From Scenedesmus sp. PABB004 (Eukaryota): a DNA stretch of 64,000 nt. The notes beneath the pieces were generated by a model. That model had not been told where the DNA came from and did no database searches. It saw only the letters and a list, made by a program, of their open reading frames with translations. Position 1 is the stretch's first letter; each line of letters begins with the position of its first letter. The translations under genes were made by a program, and so were the position numbers. Where the stretch lies: assembly GCA_014905635.1 (NCBI GenBank), contig JABVCE010000002.1:496001-560000 (forward strand). Reading direction: 5' to 3'. Shown here piece after piece: positions 50,021-61,901 of the stretch.

Positions 50021-50366
50021 GCCTCGGGGTCAAAGTCGGCCTGAAAGATGGGCTCCGTCGCCGCAGCCTCGTCCTCCTCCTCCGCGACCGCGCGCGTGGC
50101 CAGGCGGCGCTGCGCCAGCGGGCCGGCGGCCGCGGACGGCCGCCACGGCGCCGCCGCGCGGGCCTGCGGGCGGGGGCCGGCGGCGCGCTCGGCGCCCCGC
50201 GCACCCCCAGCGGCCGCGCCGCGCGCCGCGCCCGCCACACCTGCAGGCGCAGGCCGGCCAAGCTGGCGTGCATTCGGCTCGCCAGCGCCGGGCTCGGCGC
50301 GCCGCGCTGCCAGAGCGCCGGCGACGGCGCGCCGGCGCCGCTGCTGCCCAGCGCTCTGATCGCCAT
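48557..50366 (-). CDS. Organellar single-stranded DNA-binding protein (OSB-like: OB fold plus two PDF motifs)
   Basis: NFVALTGSL and VQVQGRL OB-fold strands; WYDNRDT|KTGRQPDFKRKADGAALW and WWDNRAN|KRNPKAPDFKHKSNGAALW. Apparent -1 frameshift near 48925; start uncertain. Confidence 0.82.
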
Positions 50367-50746
50367 CCCTGCGGTCCGGCGAGGGTCGCAGTGCTAGAGC
50401 GAACCCATGATGCCAGCCGCGCCCAGAGCGGAGAGCGAGAGGGTGGCGGGGCGCGCCGGGCGGCGGCGCATCCGCTGTCGCGCCGCGCAGCCGCGCCGCC
50501 GCGGCTCCTCAGCGCCGGCGCCCCGCACCCGAAGCCAGTCGGGATGCCAGCCGGGCGGCCAGGCCCATGAACCGCGGCTGCCGCCTGGAGCTGCTGCTGC
50601 GTCGCGCGGCGGCTCAAACGGTGGCGGCGCCGCGTGCGTGCGCTCGCGTCCTGGGAGCGCGCGAGGATGAGACGGGGAACGGGGCCGGCTTCCGGGATCT
50701 ATAACAAAAACCATGCGGCGCCGCGGACCGCCGTCGCGACGCGCCG

Positions 50747-52095
50747 TCACGCCGGCAGCGAGCCCGTCTCGCGCAGCAGCGCGCTGTGCAGCGGGCAGGG
50801 GTCGGGCTTGCCCGCAGCGGCGGCGGCCTGGCTGAGGGCGTGGAAGTAGCCGTTGCGCCACTTAAACTCCTTGACCGCGGTCGGGAAGTGCGACACGGAG
50901 CGCGCGTACGCGGTGAGCCGCGGGACGACGCCCGGCTCGAGCGTCACGCCCAGGTCCGCCGCGCCCGCGTCGGCGAGCTCCTGGATCAGCGCCGACACCT
51001 CGTCGCCGTGGCGCGCCTCCACCTCGCCCACGGTGGCCTTGTGCTTCGCGCCGACGAGCATGAACGCGCTGCGACCCGCCCCGGCGCGCGGCGCACGGTG
51101 AGCGGGCGCCGGTGGCGGCGCGCGCTGGGGGCGCTGCCGCCGCGGCGGGCGCCGCCACTGCCTCGCGCAGCGCCGGCGGTCACCTGATCCAGACCAGCTT
51201 CTCCAGCATCGCGCGCGTGAAGGCGGGGCGGTCCAGCACCTTGCAGCTCAGCCCGCCGCCGCGCAGGCGCGCCGCGACCGCCTCGGCGTGCACGCCGCAC
51301 GCCGCAGTGAGGCCCTCGGGGTTGACGTCGGTCTTGCCGTCGGTCGGCGCGTCCCCGAGCTTGGCGACCGCAAAGTAGACGAGCACCTGCGTCGCGTCGC
51401 CGAGGCCGCGCGAGTCGAGCCAGGGCTGCAGCATGCCGTTCTGCAGGAACACCAGGTCTGCGGCACGGCGCGGCGCATGGCGTGTAGGAGCGCGCCGCGT
51501 GAGCGCGTGGGCACGCGCCGGCACGCGCCGCCGGGCCGCGCGCGCCCGGCCCCGCGCGCGCGCGCGCGCCTGGCCGGCGCTCCGGGGGCGTGGCGTCCAC
51601 GATGCCGTCCAGCGCGTCGTTGCGCGTCGCGATCAGGATGGGGCCGGGCGGGCCCGCGATCGGCTCGCCGCGCCGCACGATCACCTGGGGTGCGGCGCCG
51701 GGCGGGCTCGCCGGCCGCGCGCGGCCGCGCGCCGCGCTGCGCAGGAGCAGCGCCGGCCAGCAGGAGCAGCGCCGGCCTCACGTCGGAGCCGGGGCCCATC
51801 TCGGCGAGCGCCTGGCCCACGCGCCCGCCGCCAACGATCGTGAACGCCTGCGGCGCGCGGCGGCGCCGCGCCGCCGGCAATTGGCGTCCCGCGCCGCGAG
51901 CACGCCGCCCGGCGGCGGCGCGGCGCCCGCGGGCGCCCCTCGCGCCTGCATCGCGGCGGCCGCGGCGGCGCAGCGCTGCGCCGCGCCGCGGGCGGCGGCG
52001 GACCGCGGCGCCGCGGGCGCTGCGCAGGCGCCGGCGCTGCGCTGGACGGCTGAGGCCACGAACGGCCGGGGCGCGCGGCAGGCGGCGGCGAGCAT
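50747..52095 (-). CDS. Conserved plastid ketopantoate-reductase-like Rossmann protein (green-lineage family)
   Basis: IVGGGRVG, ATRND, LVFLQNG, VYFAVAKLG, MLEKLVWI, HFPTAVKEFKWRNG; 5 exons. Confidence 0.8.
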
Positions 52096-52377
52096 CGGGC
52101 GCAGCGGCGGCAGCGGCAGCAGCGGCGAAAGCGGCGGCAGCGGCGGCAGCTGCTGCGGGCCGGGCGGCGACGTGGGTCGTGGGGAGGCGCCGGGCGTGAG
52201 CCGGGCGCGGTCCGGGCCGGGACCAGGACTCTGCCCTGCAAGCCCTCGCCTTGCTGCCGTCCCAGCGGACCAGACGTGCTGCCTGCTCACTCTCCAGCGA
52301 CAAACGCCGCCTCACGCACGCAGGGCGGGGCGCAGCTCACGCAAGCAGCGCACGCGCACAGGAGAGGCTGTCGCAGC

Positions 52378-52943
52378 ATGCTGCTCGCCCACGGCGGCCG
52401 CCTGCGGGCATGCGGGTGCGGGCGGGGCGCGCCACGCGCTCAAGCCGCTGCCCTGCACGCGCCGAGCAGGGCGCCGCCGCCCGCTGCTGCGCGACGGCGT
52501 GCGGCGCGGCGCCGCTGCCGCCGCGCGGCCGCCGGGCGCTTTGCCGCGCCGAGCGGGCAGCGCCGAGCCCTGGCCGGCTCACACCGCCCCGGCCGTGCCA
52601 CCCGCCGCAGTTCTACGCGGGCGCACGCAGCCCCAGCAGCAGCCCCACCAGCAGCCCCCTGGCCGCCGCAGCTGCTGCTGCTGCGGCGGCGCCGCGCGGC
52701 GCCGCGGGCGCCGGCGGCGGCGGTGCCGGCGAGCAGGGCCGGCGACGCCGGCGAGCGCGTGCGGCGGTCGCGCCGCGAGCGGTCGGGCGGTGAGGCCGAC
52801 GGCGCGGACGACGACCTGCTGCTGGACCCCAGGGAGGCGGCGCGCCTGCGGCGGCTCATCAAGGCAAAGGGCATGCAGGCCGTCGTGGACGCCAGCGGCA
52901 TCGTCAAGGTGCCCACCAGCGACGCCGGCGACGGTGCAGCGGC

Positions 52944-52977
<34 letters not shown>

Positions 52978-55271
52978 AGCGGCAGCGGCAGCGGCAGCGG
53001 CGGCAGCGGCGGCAGGAGCAGCAACGGTGCCGCCGCCGAGCAGAGCGAGCCGGCCGCGGCGCAGCAGCGCGGCGGCCCCCTGGAGCGCGGCGGCGGCGCC
53101 GACGGTCAAGCGGACGGCGGCCGCGGCCGGCTGTTTGCGCGCTCACAGCTGCAGGCGGCGACGCCGGGGTCGGGCGGCGCCGCGCCGGCGCTGCCCATCG
53201 TGCGGCCGGCGGGCGGCGACGCGCGCGGCGGCGAGGACGGCGGGCGCGCGCGCGGCGCGCCGGGCAGCGGCTCGTCGGCCGCGTTTTTCAGCGCCGCGTC
53301 GTGGGCGGAGCTGGGCGCGGCGCCCGAGGTGGTGGAGGCGCTCGCCGCGCTCGGCATCACGCGGCCCTCGCACGTGCAGGCCGAGGCGTTCCGGGCGCTC
53401 GCGCGCAAGGGCGGCGTGCGGCACGTCGCGCTCGCGGACCAGGCGGGCAGCGGCAAGACGCTCGCGTACCTGCTGCCGCTGCTGCAGCAGCTCAAGCAGC
53501 GCGAGGCGGCCGCCGGCGCGCCCGTGACGCAGCCGCACAGCCCCTCCATCGTCGTCATGACCCCGACCGCAGGCGAGGCAGCGCGCGGCGCGCCGCCGCG
53601 GGGGTGACCGCGACCCGGCGCGGCGCGCGCTGCGGCGCCCGCGCGGCGCCGCCGCTCACGCCCGCGCCGCCGCCGCGCCGCAGAGCTGGCGCAGCAGGTG
53701 GGGCGCGTCGTGCGCGCGCTGAGCGGCGCGGGGCTGCGCGTGCGCGGCGCCGTCATGACCGGCGGGCAGAGCGAGGCGGACCGGCGCAACAAGACCTTCC
53801 GCACGCAGGTGCGCCGCCGGGGGCGCCTGCGGCCGTGTGCCGCTGCCGCCGCCGCAGCTGGGCGCGCTGCGCGGGGCGGGCGGCGGCCCAGCCCGAGCGC
53901 GCGGCGCCTGTGCCCGCGCCCCCGCGCGCACACAGTGCGAGCTGCTGGCGGGCGGCGTCGACGTGCTCGTGTCCACGCCGGGGCGGCTCATCGCGCACCT
54001 GGACCGGGGCAGCCTGAGCCTGGAGCACACCGCGGCGCTGGTCATGGACGAAGTCGACGTGCTCGCGGGTGCGCCGCGCGGCGCGGCGGCACACCGCGGC
54101 GCGCTGCCCCGCACGGCCCCGCGCAGGCACGCATGCGTTGACCGCCTGCTCGCTGCTCGCCGCCGCGGCTGTGTGCCCCCGTGCGTGCGCGCGCGCAGGC
54201 GGCGAAGTGAGCTACGCGGAGCACGTCGCGCCGCTGCGCGCGGCGTCGGGCCCGGGCCTGCGCTGCGTGCTCGTGAGCGCGACGCTGCCGCAGCACACGT
54301 TTGACGAGCTGCAGGAGCTCTTCATGGGCCTCGGCGCCGCGTTCGGGCCCGGCCTGCACCGCACCGCGACAGGCGCGCGCGCGCGCGCGGGGCGGCGGAT
54401 CGTGCGCGCGTGTGTTTTGGACGGGGGGGGGGGGGGGGGGGGCAGCGGCAGCGCCGCCGCCTCACGCGCCGCCCGCGCGCGCCCCCGCCTCACGCGCCCG
54501 CCCGCGCGCGCGCCGCCGCCGCGGCCAGGGTGCGTGGAGGAGCTGGTCGACTGCTCCGGCGGCGACGACGTCTCGCTCGAGAGCGGCACGCAGCGCAAGC
54601 TCGACGCGCTGGGCGCGGCGCTCGCGCGCGTGCGGTCGCCGCGCGTGATGGTGTTCTGCAACAAGATCGAGACCTGCCGCGTCGTGGAGAACGCGCTCAA
54701 GCGCCGCGGGCCCGACGAGTGCCAGGCGCGGCGCGGCGCGGCGGCTGCGCGCGGCGCGGGCCCCTGCTGCCGCCGGCGAGCGGGGGCGGGCCCGCGGGCC
54801 CCGCCCGCCTCCTCCGCCGGCGCGGCGCCGACACCGCGCCTCGCGCCCGCGCGCCCCTCGACCGCGTGCCGCGTCCAGGTGCTGGCTTATCACGAGGCCA
54901 TCCGCGACGAGGCGCGGTCCGCGGCGCTCGCGGCGTGGCTGGCGCCGCCGGCGCGCGGCGCGGCGCCGCTCGTGCTTGTGTGCACCGACCGCACGAGCCG
55001 CGGCATCGACAGCATGTGGTGCGAGCACGTGGTGCTGTTTGAGTTCCCGCGCGACCCCAGCGAGTACGTGCGCCGCGTCGGCCGCACCGCGCGCGGCGCG
55101 GGCGGGCGCGGCGTCGTGACCGTGCTCGTGCTGGGCAAGCAGGTCGCGCTCGCAAAGGACATCCTCGCGCGCAACCGCGCGGGCGCGCCCGTGCACCGCG
55201 TGCCGCGGCTCTGGGCCGACGGCGGCGAGCGCGGCGCGGCGCGGACCGGGGCGGCGTCCAACCGAGGCTAG
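52378..55271 (+). CDS. RH50: Plastid DEAD-box RNA helicase, RH50 type
   Basis: [62 protein letters not shown]; 5' exon structure uncertain. Confidence 0.88.
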
Positions 55272-55295
55272 GGCGGGCCGGGCGGTGGACCCCGG

Positions 55296-55300
55296 TGTAA
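55296..55300 (+). promoter_or_regulatory. TGTAA polyadenylation signal of RH50
   Basis: 25 nt after the stop. Confidence 0.55.
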
Positions 55301-55389
55301 CGCGACACCGCGCCGCCGCCCGCGCTTGACATCGGCACGGGCCGGGGGTGCCACGATCGCCAGCAGGCCGCGTCGCCACCCGCCCCTCC

Positions 55390-56850
55390 ATGCTCACCAA
55401 GATGCGGCTGCCAGCGCCGGCGCCGGCGGGCGCGGCGGCGCGGCGGCTCGCCCAGCTTGTTCCGCTGCTGGTCGTAATGAACACGTTGCTTCTTTTCTGC
55501 ATCATCCTCCTTCTGGCGTGGCCAGGCGCCCTCGGCGGCGCGGCAGCAGCAGCGGCGCCCGCGGCCGAATCGGTCGCCGCGATGAAGCAGCAGGCGCGTG
55601 CCTGCTCGCGCGTGTGTGAACGCGATCGTGATCACGAGCCCTGAGGATGCTGGCAGGGCTGCGTGGCCGCCTGCTGCGCGCGCCGCGCCGGGAGGGCCGG
55701 CGGCGCACGGCGCGCCGCGCTGCTGCGCGCCGCGCCGCACCTTGAGCAGCCGTCCTGCCACAGACGCGCCGCGCCGCCGTCGCAGATCGCTTTCTTGCAA
55801 AAGATGCGCATCGACTACGGCAAGCTGCACTGCGACATCAAGGGAATCGGTCCAACGGGTGCGCGGCTCCGCGCCAAGCAGCGCGCCGCCGGGCCCGCAT
55901 GCTGGCGGCGCCCGCCGCGCGCGTCCGCCACTGCCAGCCCAACGCGGCGCCTGGGCTGAGCGGCGCGCGCCGCCGCGCAGGCGGCTTCTGCGTGAACGCG
56001 ACGCACCCCAACGCGGGCGGCAACAACCAGTGGGACGCGCCGCTCTGCGAGGCGCTCGCGACGCAGCTGCTGCGGGGCGCGGCGGTGCTCGACCTCGGCG
56101 CGGGCCTGGGGCACTATGGCAAGTGCCTGGCCGGCGCCAAGGCGGGCATCAAGTGGACCGGCCTCGACGGCTCAGAGGTGGGCGCAGCGCGCGTGCGGCG
56201 CGCGCGCGGAGCGCGCCCGCCGCGCAGCGCCGCGGCTGCTCGGGCGCCGGCCGTCGCTGCCGTGGCGCGCCACTGCAGCCTGCGCCACACCGCGCCCGCG
56301 CGCGTCGCGGCGGCGCGCCAGGCTGGCCGGCCAGCCTGGGCTCCCGGGCCCTCAGCCGCGGCCGCCCGCCAGCCCACCACCCGCCCGCCGCCGCCCGCGA
56401 GGCAGGGCATCGAAGAGGCTACGCATGGCTTCGTGCAGTTTGCCGACCTCACTGTCCCCCTCTTCCTCGGACGCACGTTCGACTGGGTGATGAGCCTGGA
56501 GGTGCGCTGCGCGTGCGCGCGCGAGCGGGGAGGCCCTGCGCCCGCGCCGGTGCTCGAGCGCGCTCGCCCGGCGCTGCCAGGTCGGCGAGCACATCCCGCA
56601 CGAGCTCGAGTCGGTGTTCCTCGACAACATCGCCCGCCACGCGAGCGTCGGCGTGCTGCTGACCTGGGCGGTGCCCGGGCAGGGCGGGCACGCTCACGTG
56701 AACAACCACCCAAACGAGTACGTGGTCGAGCAGATGACGCGGCGCAGCTTTGAACTCGACCCGGCTGCCACGTCCAGGCTGCGCGGCGTCGCGACGCTGG
56801 GGTGGTTCAAGGGAAGCTTCATGGTGTTCCGGCGCGGCGGCGGCGAGTAG
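55390..56850 (+). CDS. Class I SAM-dependent methyltransferase, type II membrane
   Basis: TM LLVVMNTLLLFCIILLLAW; VLDLGAGLGHY, GLDGSE, FDWVMSLE|VGEHIP, WAVPGQGGHAHVN. Confidence 0.88.
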
Positions 56851-56980
56851 CGGCACGGCGGTGCGGGGCACACGGCGCGGCGGGGGCCCGCGGTTCAGTG
56901 CGGGGGTTCAGTGCGGGGGGGGGGGGCACGCGGCGGGGCACGCGGTGCGGGTCGCCAGTTGGAGCTTGTGCAACAGAGCT

Positions 56981-56985
56981 TTACA
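56981..56985 (-). promoter_or_regulatory. TGTAA polyadenylation signal of the GT90 gene
   Basis: About 230 nt downstream of the stop at 57212. Confidence 0.55.
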
Positions 56986-57211
56986 GGCCGGCACACGCAA
57001 GGCCCTGCCGCAGGCCCTTGCATGCGCGGTATGGGCCGACTCCACGCGCATCACCGTGTCACCCGGCTGGCCTTGGAGTGTGATCATCAGACACTGGACC
57101 AGGGCGCACAGCTTGTGCCAGCGTGCAGCACGACAGGTTTTGCGCCACCAGCGCAAGCCAACACGAATGCAACTGCAAATCATCGTGCAGTCAGGTCGAG
57201 ACGGGCAGTCC

Positions 57212-58778
57212 TCAGCAGACCAGATTCTTGGCCAGCGCCTCGCACAAGCTCTGGCGCACGCCCGCCGCCCAGCCCGCGCGCAGGGTGGGGCTCATCCAGC
57301 CCCCTGAACCCCGGCCGCGCTGCAGCACGACCACCTGCCAGCGATCGGCACCGTGCAGAGGCGGCTCGCGCACGGCCCACGGCATCGCTGCCTTGACCTG
57401 CAGCGCCGCAGCGGCGGGCGCGCCACGGGCTGAGCTGCGCCCGCAGCGCGGCCAGCGCAGCGCCAGCCCGCACAGCCCGCTCGGCAGCGCCGCACCTTGA
57501 GCAGCGCGTACGCGAGCGCATCCAGCTGGCCCAGCAGGCTGAACGTGCGCAGCGCCTGCTCGCCGGCGCTCGCCGCCATGCGCGCCATGCGCTTCCTGCC
57601 GTCGGCGCCGCCAAACTGCTTCAGCAGCTCCCGCGTGCGCTCGACCACGTCCGACAGGTCGTACTTGCAGGACTCAAAGTGCACGCCCTCTTTGAACAGC
57701 TCCTCGTACCTGCGCGGCCGTGTGCGCCGTGAGCGCGCGCGCCGGCCCGCCGGCAGCGCCGCCAGGCCCCCGCCGCGCGCCGCGCGCGGCCGCTCACGAG
57801 TCGTGGTAAGGCGAGCGCACTTTGAGGACGACGCTGCTGCCCTGCAGGTACTGGAAGGGCAGCCGGTTGGGCGAGCCGTGGCCGTCGATGCTCAGCTGCA
57901 GCGCGAAGCGCCCCCAGCGCTCCATGTCAGAGAACGGCCGCGTCGCGAGGGCCCGGATGCCCGCCACGACCTGCGCGTCGCCGCCTGCGGCACGCGCGGG
58001 CGCCTCGGTGGGCTGCGCCGGCGTGGCGGCCTCCGCCGGCGCGCGCGGCGCCCAGCCGGCGCGGGCGGCGCGGGCGGCGCGGGCGCAGGCGCCGCCGCGC
58101 GGCGCCGCGCAGGCGCACCCGCTGGGCCCATGATTTCGGGGATGAGGGCGTGCAGCCCCACGTCCATGATGTCCCCGTGCGACCGCGCGCGCAGCGCCAG
58201 CGCGATGCGCTTGTTCAGCAGCGCGACCGCCCAGGGGTGCGCGAGCGGCGCCGCGGCGGGGCCGGCCAGCGGCGGCCAGCCGCGCGTGCCCCCCGTGTTG
58301 CTGCCGCGCCACACCAGCTGCGCCGTGCTGGCCCTGCCGCCCGCGCGCTCCAGCACGCAGCCCTGGTAGCTGCGCAGGGCCGAGGGCAGCAGCGAGAGGT
58401 TCTCCCAGGCCCACGGGTAGTTCATCGCCCAGCCCGTGTAGTGCCTGGGCGCCGGGCCGGCGGGGTCGGCCGGCTCGTCGCCGCCGCCGGTGAGCAGCTG
58501 CGTCACGCTGAAGCGCACGCCGTCGGCGTCGGTCGCGGTGTTGTTGCCCGCTGCGGCGACGCCGGGCGCGATGATGGCGTACTGCAGGACCGGGATGTCC
58601 AGAGCGCAGCGCGACGGCTCGTCCGCGAACGACGCCGCGAGCTCCAGGTCTGGCAGGTCCTTGTACAGCCACACCGCGACGGCCAGCGCCTCCAGGAACG
58701 TGTTGCGGTGCCCTGCCAGGGCGCGCATGGCGGCGTGGTCGTGGTCGGCGTAGATGACGCCGCGCACGACGCGGTACC

Positions 58779-58820
<42 letters not shown>

Positions 58821-59343
58821 GGCAGCGGCCGCTCGGCGGGAGCCCCCAGTCGCCGCAGCCGCAGCCGCACCATTCGCACCTGAACAGGTGGGCGCCGCAG
58901 GCCTTCGTCAGCTGGGCGCGCGGGGCGTCGACGTGCGCCCGGTTTGCCAGCCCGCGCCAGTTGGACGCCGCGAGCACGGGGGCGTCGGCGCCGATGGGCG
59001 GCAGCGCGCGTGCGCGGCGCGCCAGCAGCTCGATGTCCTGCGGCGGCGCGTCAGCCGCCAGCGACTGGCAGCTCCGCAATTTGGGGGACGCCTGACGCCC
59101 GGTGCCCGCCCCCTGGTGGGCCTCCGCCGCGGGCGCGCCGCCGGGGGCGGCCGGTGCCGCCGCCGCTGCTCGTGCCTGCGCGGCGTGCGGGGCCGGCGCC
59201 GGCGCTCCCGGGCGAGCGTGCAGCAGCCATGTAGTGAGCTGCAGCGCCACCAGCGCCAGCACCACGAGCCGCAGCGTGCGGGAGCGCAGCGCCTGGCCGA
59301 GCTTGTGATGGCTGCCGTGCGCGTGGCCGTGGCCGCCGCCCAT
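57212..59343 (-). CDS. Glycosyltransferase family 90 (CAP10/POGLUT-like), type II membrane
   Basis: TM LVVLALVALQLTTWLL; LPDLEL..SFADEP, LVWRGSNTG, LSIDGHGSPNRL, SSVVLK, YEELFKEGVHF; 5 exons. Confidence 0.85.
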
Positions 59344-59856
59344 GCTGTCAGGCCCAACCGTCCATTGCGACTACGTGGCGTCCGAGCATGCGCGACTCCA
59401 GCGCGCTGGGCGTGGGCCGGCTGCAGCGCGGACGGGTGGCAGCAACCGCTTAAAGGCACCGCCTAAGGCCCCGCGGCCAGCCTCAGCACCAGCGCGGTCA
59501 GCACACACCGCCCAGCGGGCGCGGGCGGGGCGACTGGCGGGGTCACCGGCGCGGCGCCGCTGAGCAGCAGCGGCGGCGCTCCGGTTACGATTCCCCTGAG
59601 CCCTTGCCAGATTGTGCGCGCTCCCGCCCGTGCTCGGCGCTTCGAACGATCTTCATGATCCACGCCCGCACGGCCCAGCTGGGGCGAGAAGGGCTAGGCA
59701 GGCAGCGCACGCGCCTGGTAGAGCCGCTCGCACCGCACACCCAGGCAGCTGCGCCCGTTGTCCGCCAGAACAGTCCAGGGGACCGAGCTGCGCACCACCG
59801 TCACCTGCAGCCACCGCGCCGCCGCAGCGGCCGCAGCAGCCCCGCTGCACCGGCGC

Positions 59857-61429
59857 CGCGCTGCTCCGCCCCGGCCGCTGCAGCCCTGCTGAGCCCATGG
59901 CGCGGTCGGGCCCGGGCAGGGCACACCCGCACAGGGGCGGCCACCCGCAGCGCCGGCGCGTGCTGCTGCGAAGCGCCGCGCTGCTCGCGATGGGGGTCGG
60001 CGCGTTCCTGCTGGGCAAGGCGGCGATGCTCGCCGCGCGCGTGGCGCTGCCGCTGGACATGCCCACCCTGAGAATGCGGTGCGCGCGGCGCGTGTGCGCC
60101 GCGGCTGGCAGCAGGCGCCGCGCCTGCACCGCCGCCCGCGCGCGGCCCGCCACACGTTGCCCGTCCCCGCTCACGCGCCGCAGCGGCGTGCTGAGGCTGC
60201 GCGACGTGAGCACCGATGATGTGGAGGCCCGGTGGCTGCGCGCGGAGGCAGCCAAGGCGGTCATGCCCAAGGACCCGACCTGGCAGCACATGACGCCCGA
60301 GCAGCTGCGCGACGCGCTGCCGGTGCGCGTCATCTCGCTGACGCGCGCCAAGGAGCGGCGGGAGGTCATCGTCAACCAGCTGGAACGAGCGGGTGCGGCT
60401 GGTGGCCGCAGCGGCGGCTGGTGCTGGCGCCACCGGGCCAGGCGCCGCGCCAGCCTGCAGGGCGGGCCGCAGCAGCCTGCCACGGCCGCGAGCGCCCCTC
60501 CCCTGCGCTGCCCCCAGGCCTGTCGTACGAGGTGTTTGACGCCGTGGACGGCCGCAACACCTCGCTGCCTGACAGCGAGGTCGCACGGTGCGGCGGTGCC
60601 GCGGCGGCGGTGGTTGCGCAGGCGCGCCTGCGCGGCCGTGACGCCCTGCGCACACGCACGCACACGGCCACTCGCTCGCACGCCGCCTGGCAGGTTTGTG
60701 CGCGGCGTGCGCCTGGGGCTGTGGCGGAAGGGCCACGCCTTCCACCGCGGCAAGGTGGCCATCGACCTGTCGCACCTGATCAACCTGGAGCGCATCGTGC
60801 GAGAGAACCGCTCCGCCGTCCTCATTGAAGATGACGCAGGCATCCCGTCTGGCACGCCCAACTGGTACGCCCGGCTGCTGGCGGCGCTGCGTGAGCTGCC
60901 CCAGGTGCGGTGCGGCGCCGCACCGCACGTGCCCGCCGGCGGGCACGCGCCAGCAGCCAGCGGCGGCCCGTCGCCCCACCAGCTGCGCGCGCTGTTGGCG
61001 CACCGCTGTCAGGATTGGGACATGCTGTACCTGAACGCCTGCTTCACGACCGTCGGCAAGCGGATCGGCGAGCGCATTGCGGTGCTGCGCGGCGGCGCGT
61101 GCACGCTGGGCTACGCAATCACGCCCAAGCACGCGCGCGCGGTGCTGGCGTCGGTGAGCTCGGCCAGCCGCAAGGGCCTGACGCCTTTCATCGACCTGCT
61201 TTACCAAGTGAGCCAGGTCCAGGGGTGGCAGCGGGGAGCCAGGCTGCTGCGCAGGCCGGCCGACCCACACGGCTGGCCGCGCGCCGCCGCCCGCCGCCCG
61301 CTGTCGCGCGCGGCAGGACCTGATGCAGCACGGCGAGGCCAACGCGTACATCTGCACGCCGCCGCTGCTCGACTACGCCGACCAGTCGCGGCAGTCGACC
61401 ATCGACTACGGCAGCGGCGCAGCGGGGCT
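59857..61429 (+). repeat. Gene-sized direct duplication, copy B (partner about 46745-48326)
   Basis: Near-identical including introns. Confidence 0.95.
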
Positions 61430-61460
61430 CAGCAAGTGGGAGCGCTGGTGGCTGTCGTAG
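59897..61460 (+). CDS. Glycosyltransferase family 25, copy B (type II membrane)
   Basis: Same motifs and introns as copy A; its own start (MARSGPGR) and C-terminus (LSKWERWWLS*). Confidence 0.88.
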
Positions 61461-61901
61461 GGGCGGGAGGTCCTGGTCCTGCAACACAGCCAGCCTTTCT
61501 GTGCAATTGCACAAGTGGTTGGCCGTTCACGTGGTGTTTGCTGTGTGGTGTCAGTCACGCTTGAACTGGTTGGGGGTTCAGCACGACGGAGGGTGCGAGT
61601 GGGACTGATTTGGCGCACTCGGCACTAGTACTTCAAGCGCGCATGCCGCGCACAAGTTGATGGCTCCTGAAGTCTTTGGCTGGCCGCGTCACTGCCTCTT
61701 TTGGCTGCGCTGCTTGAGAACTTGCCGTGCGCGCGGCGCTGGTGCTGCTGCCGGCTGCGGCCGACGCCGGCCCCGTCGTGTGGTGTGGTGTGTGTGCACC
61801 GTGTGCCCCGCGCGGGGCTCGCTGACCACTAAAGCAACTTGCCGGACCCCTGCCCCGCCGCTTGCCCCTCACTGCTGGCCTCCCGCAGCCCCCAGCGCCG
61901 C

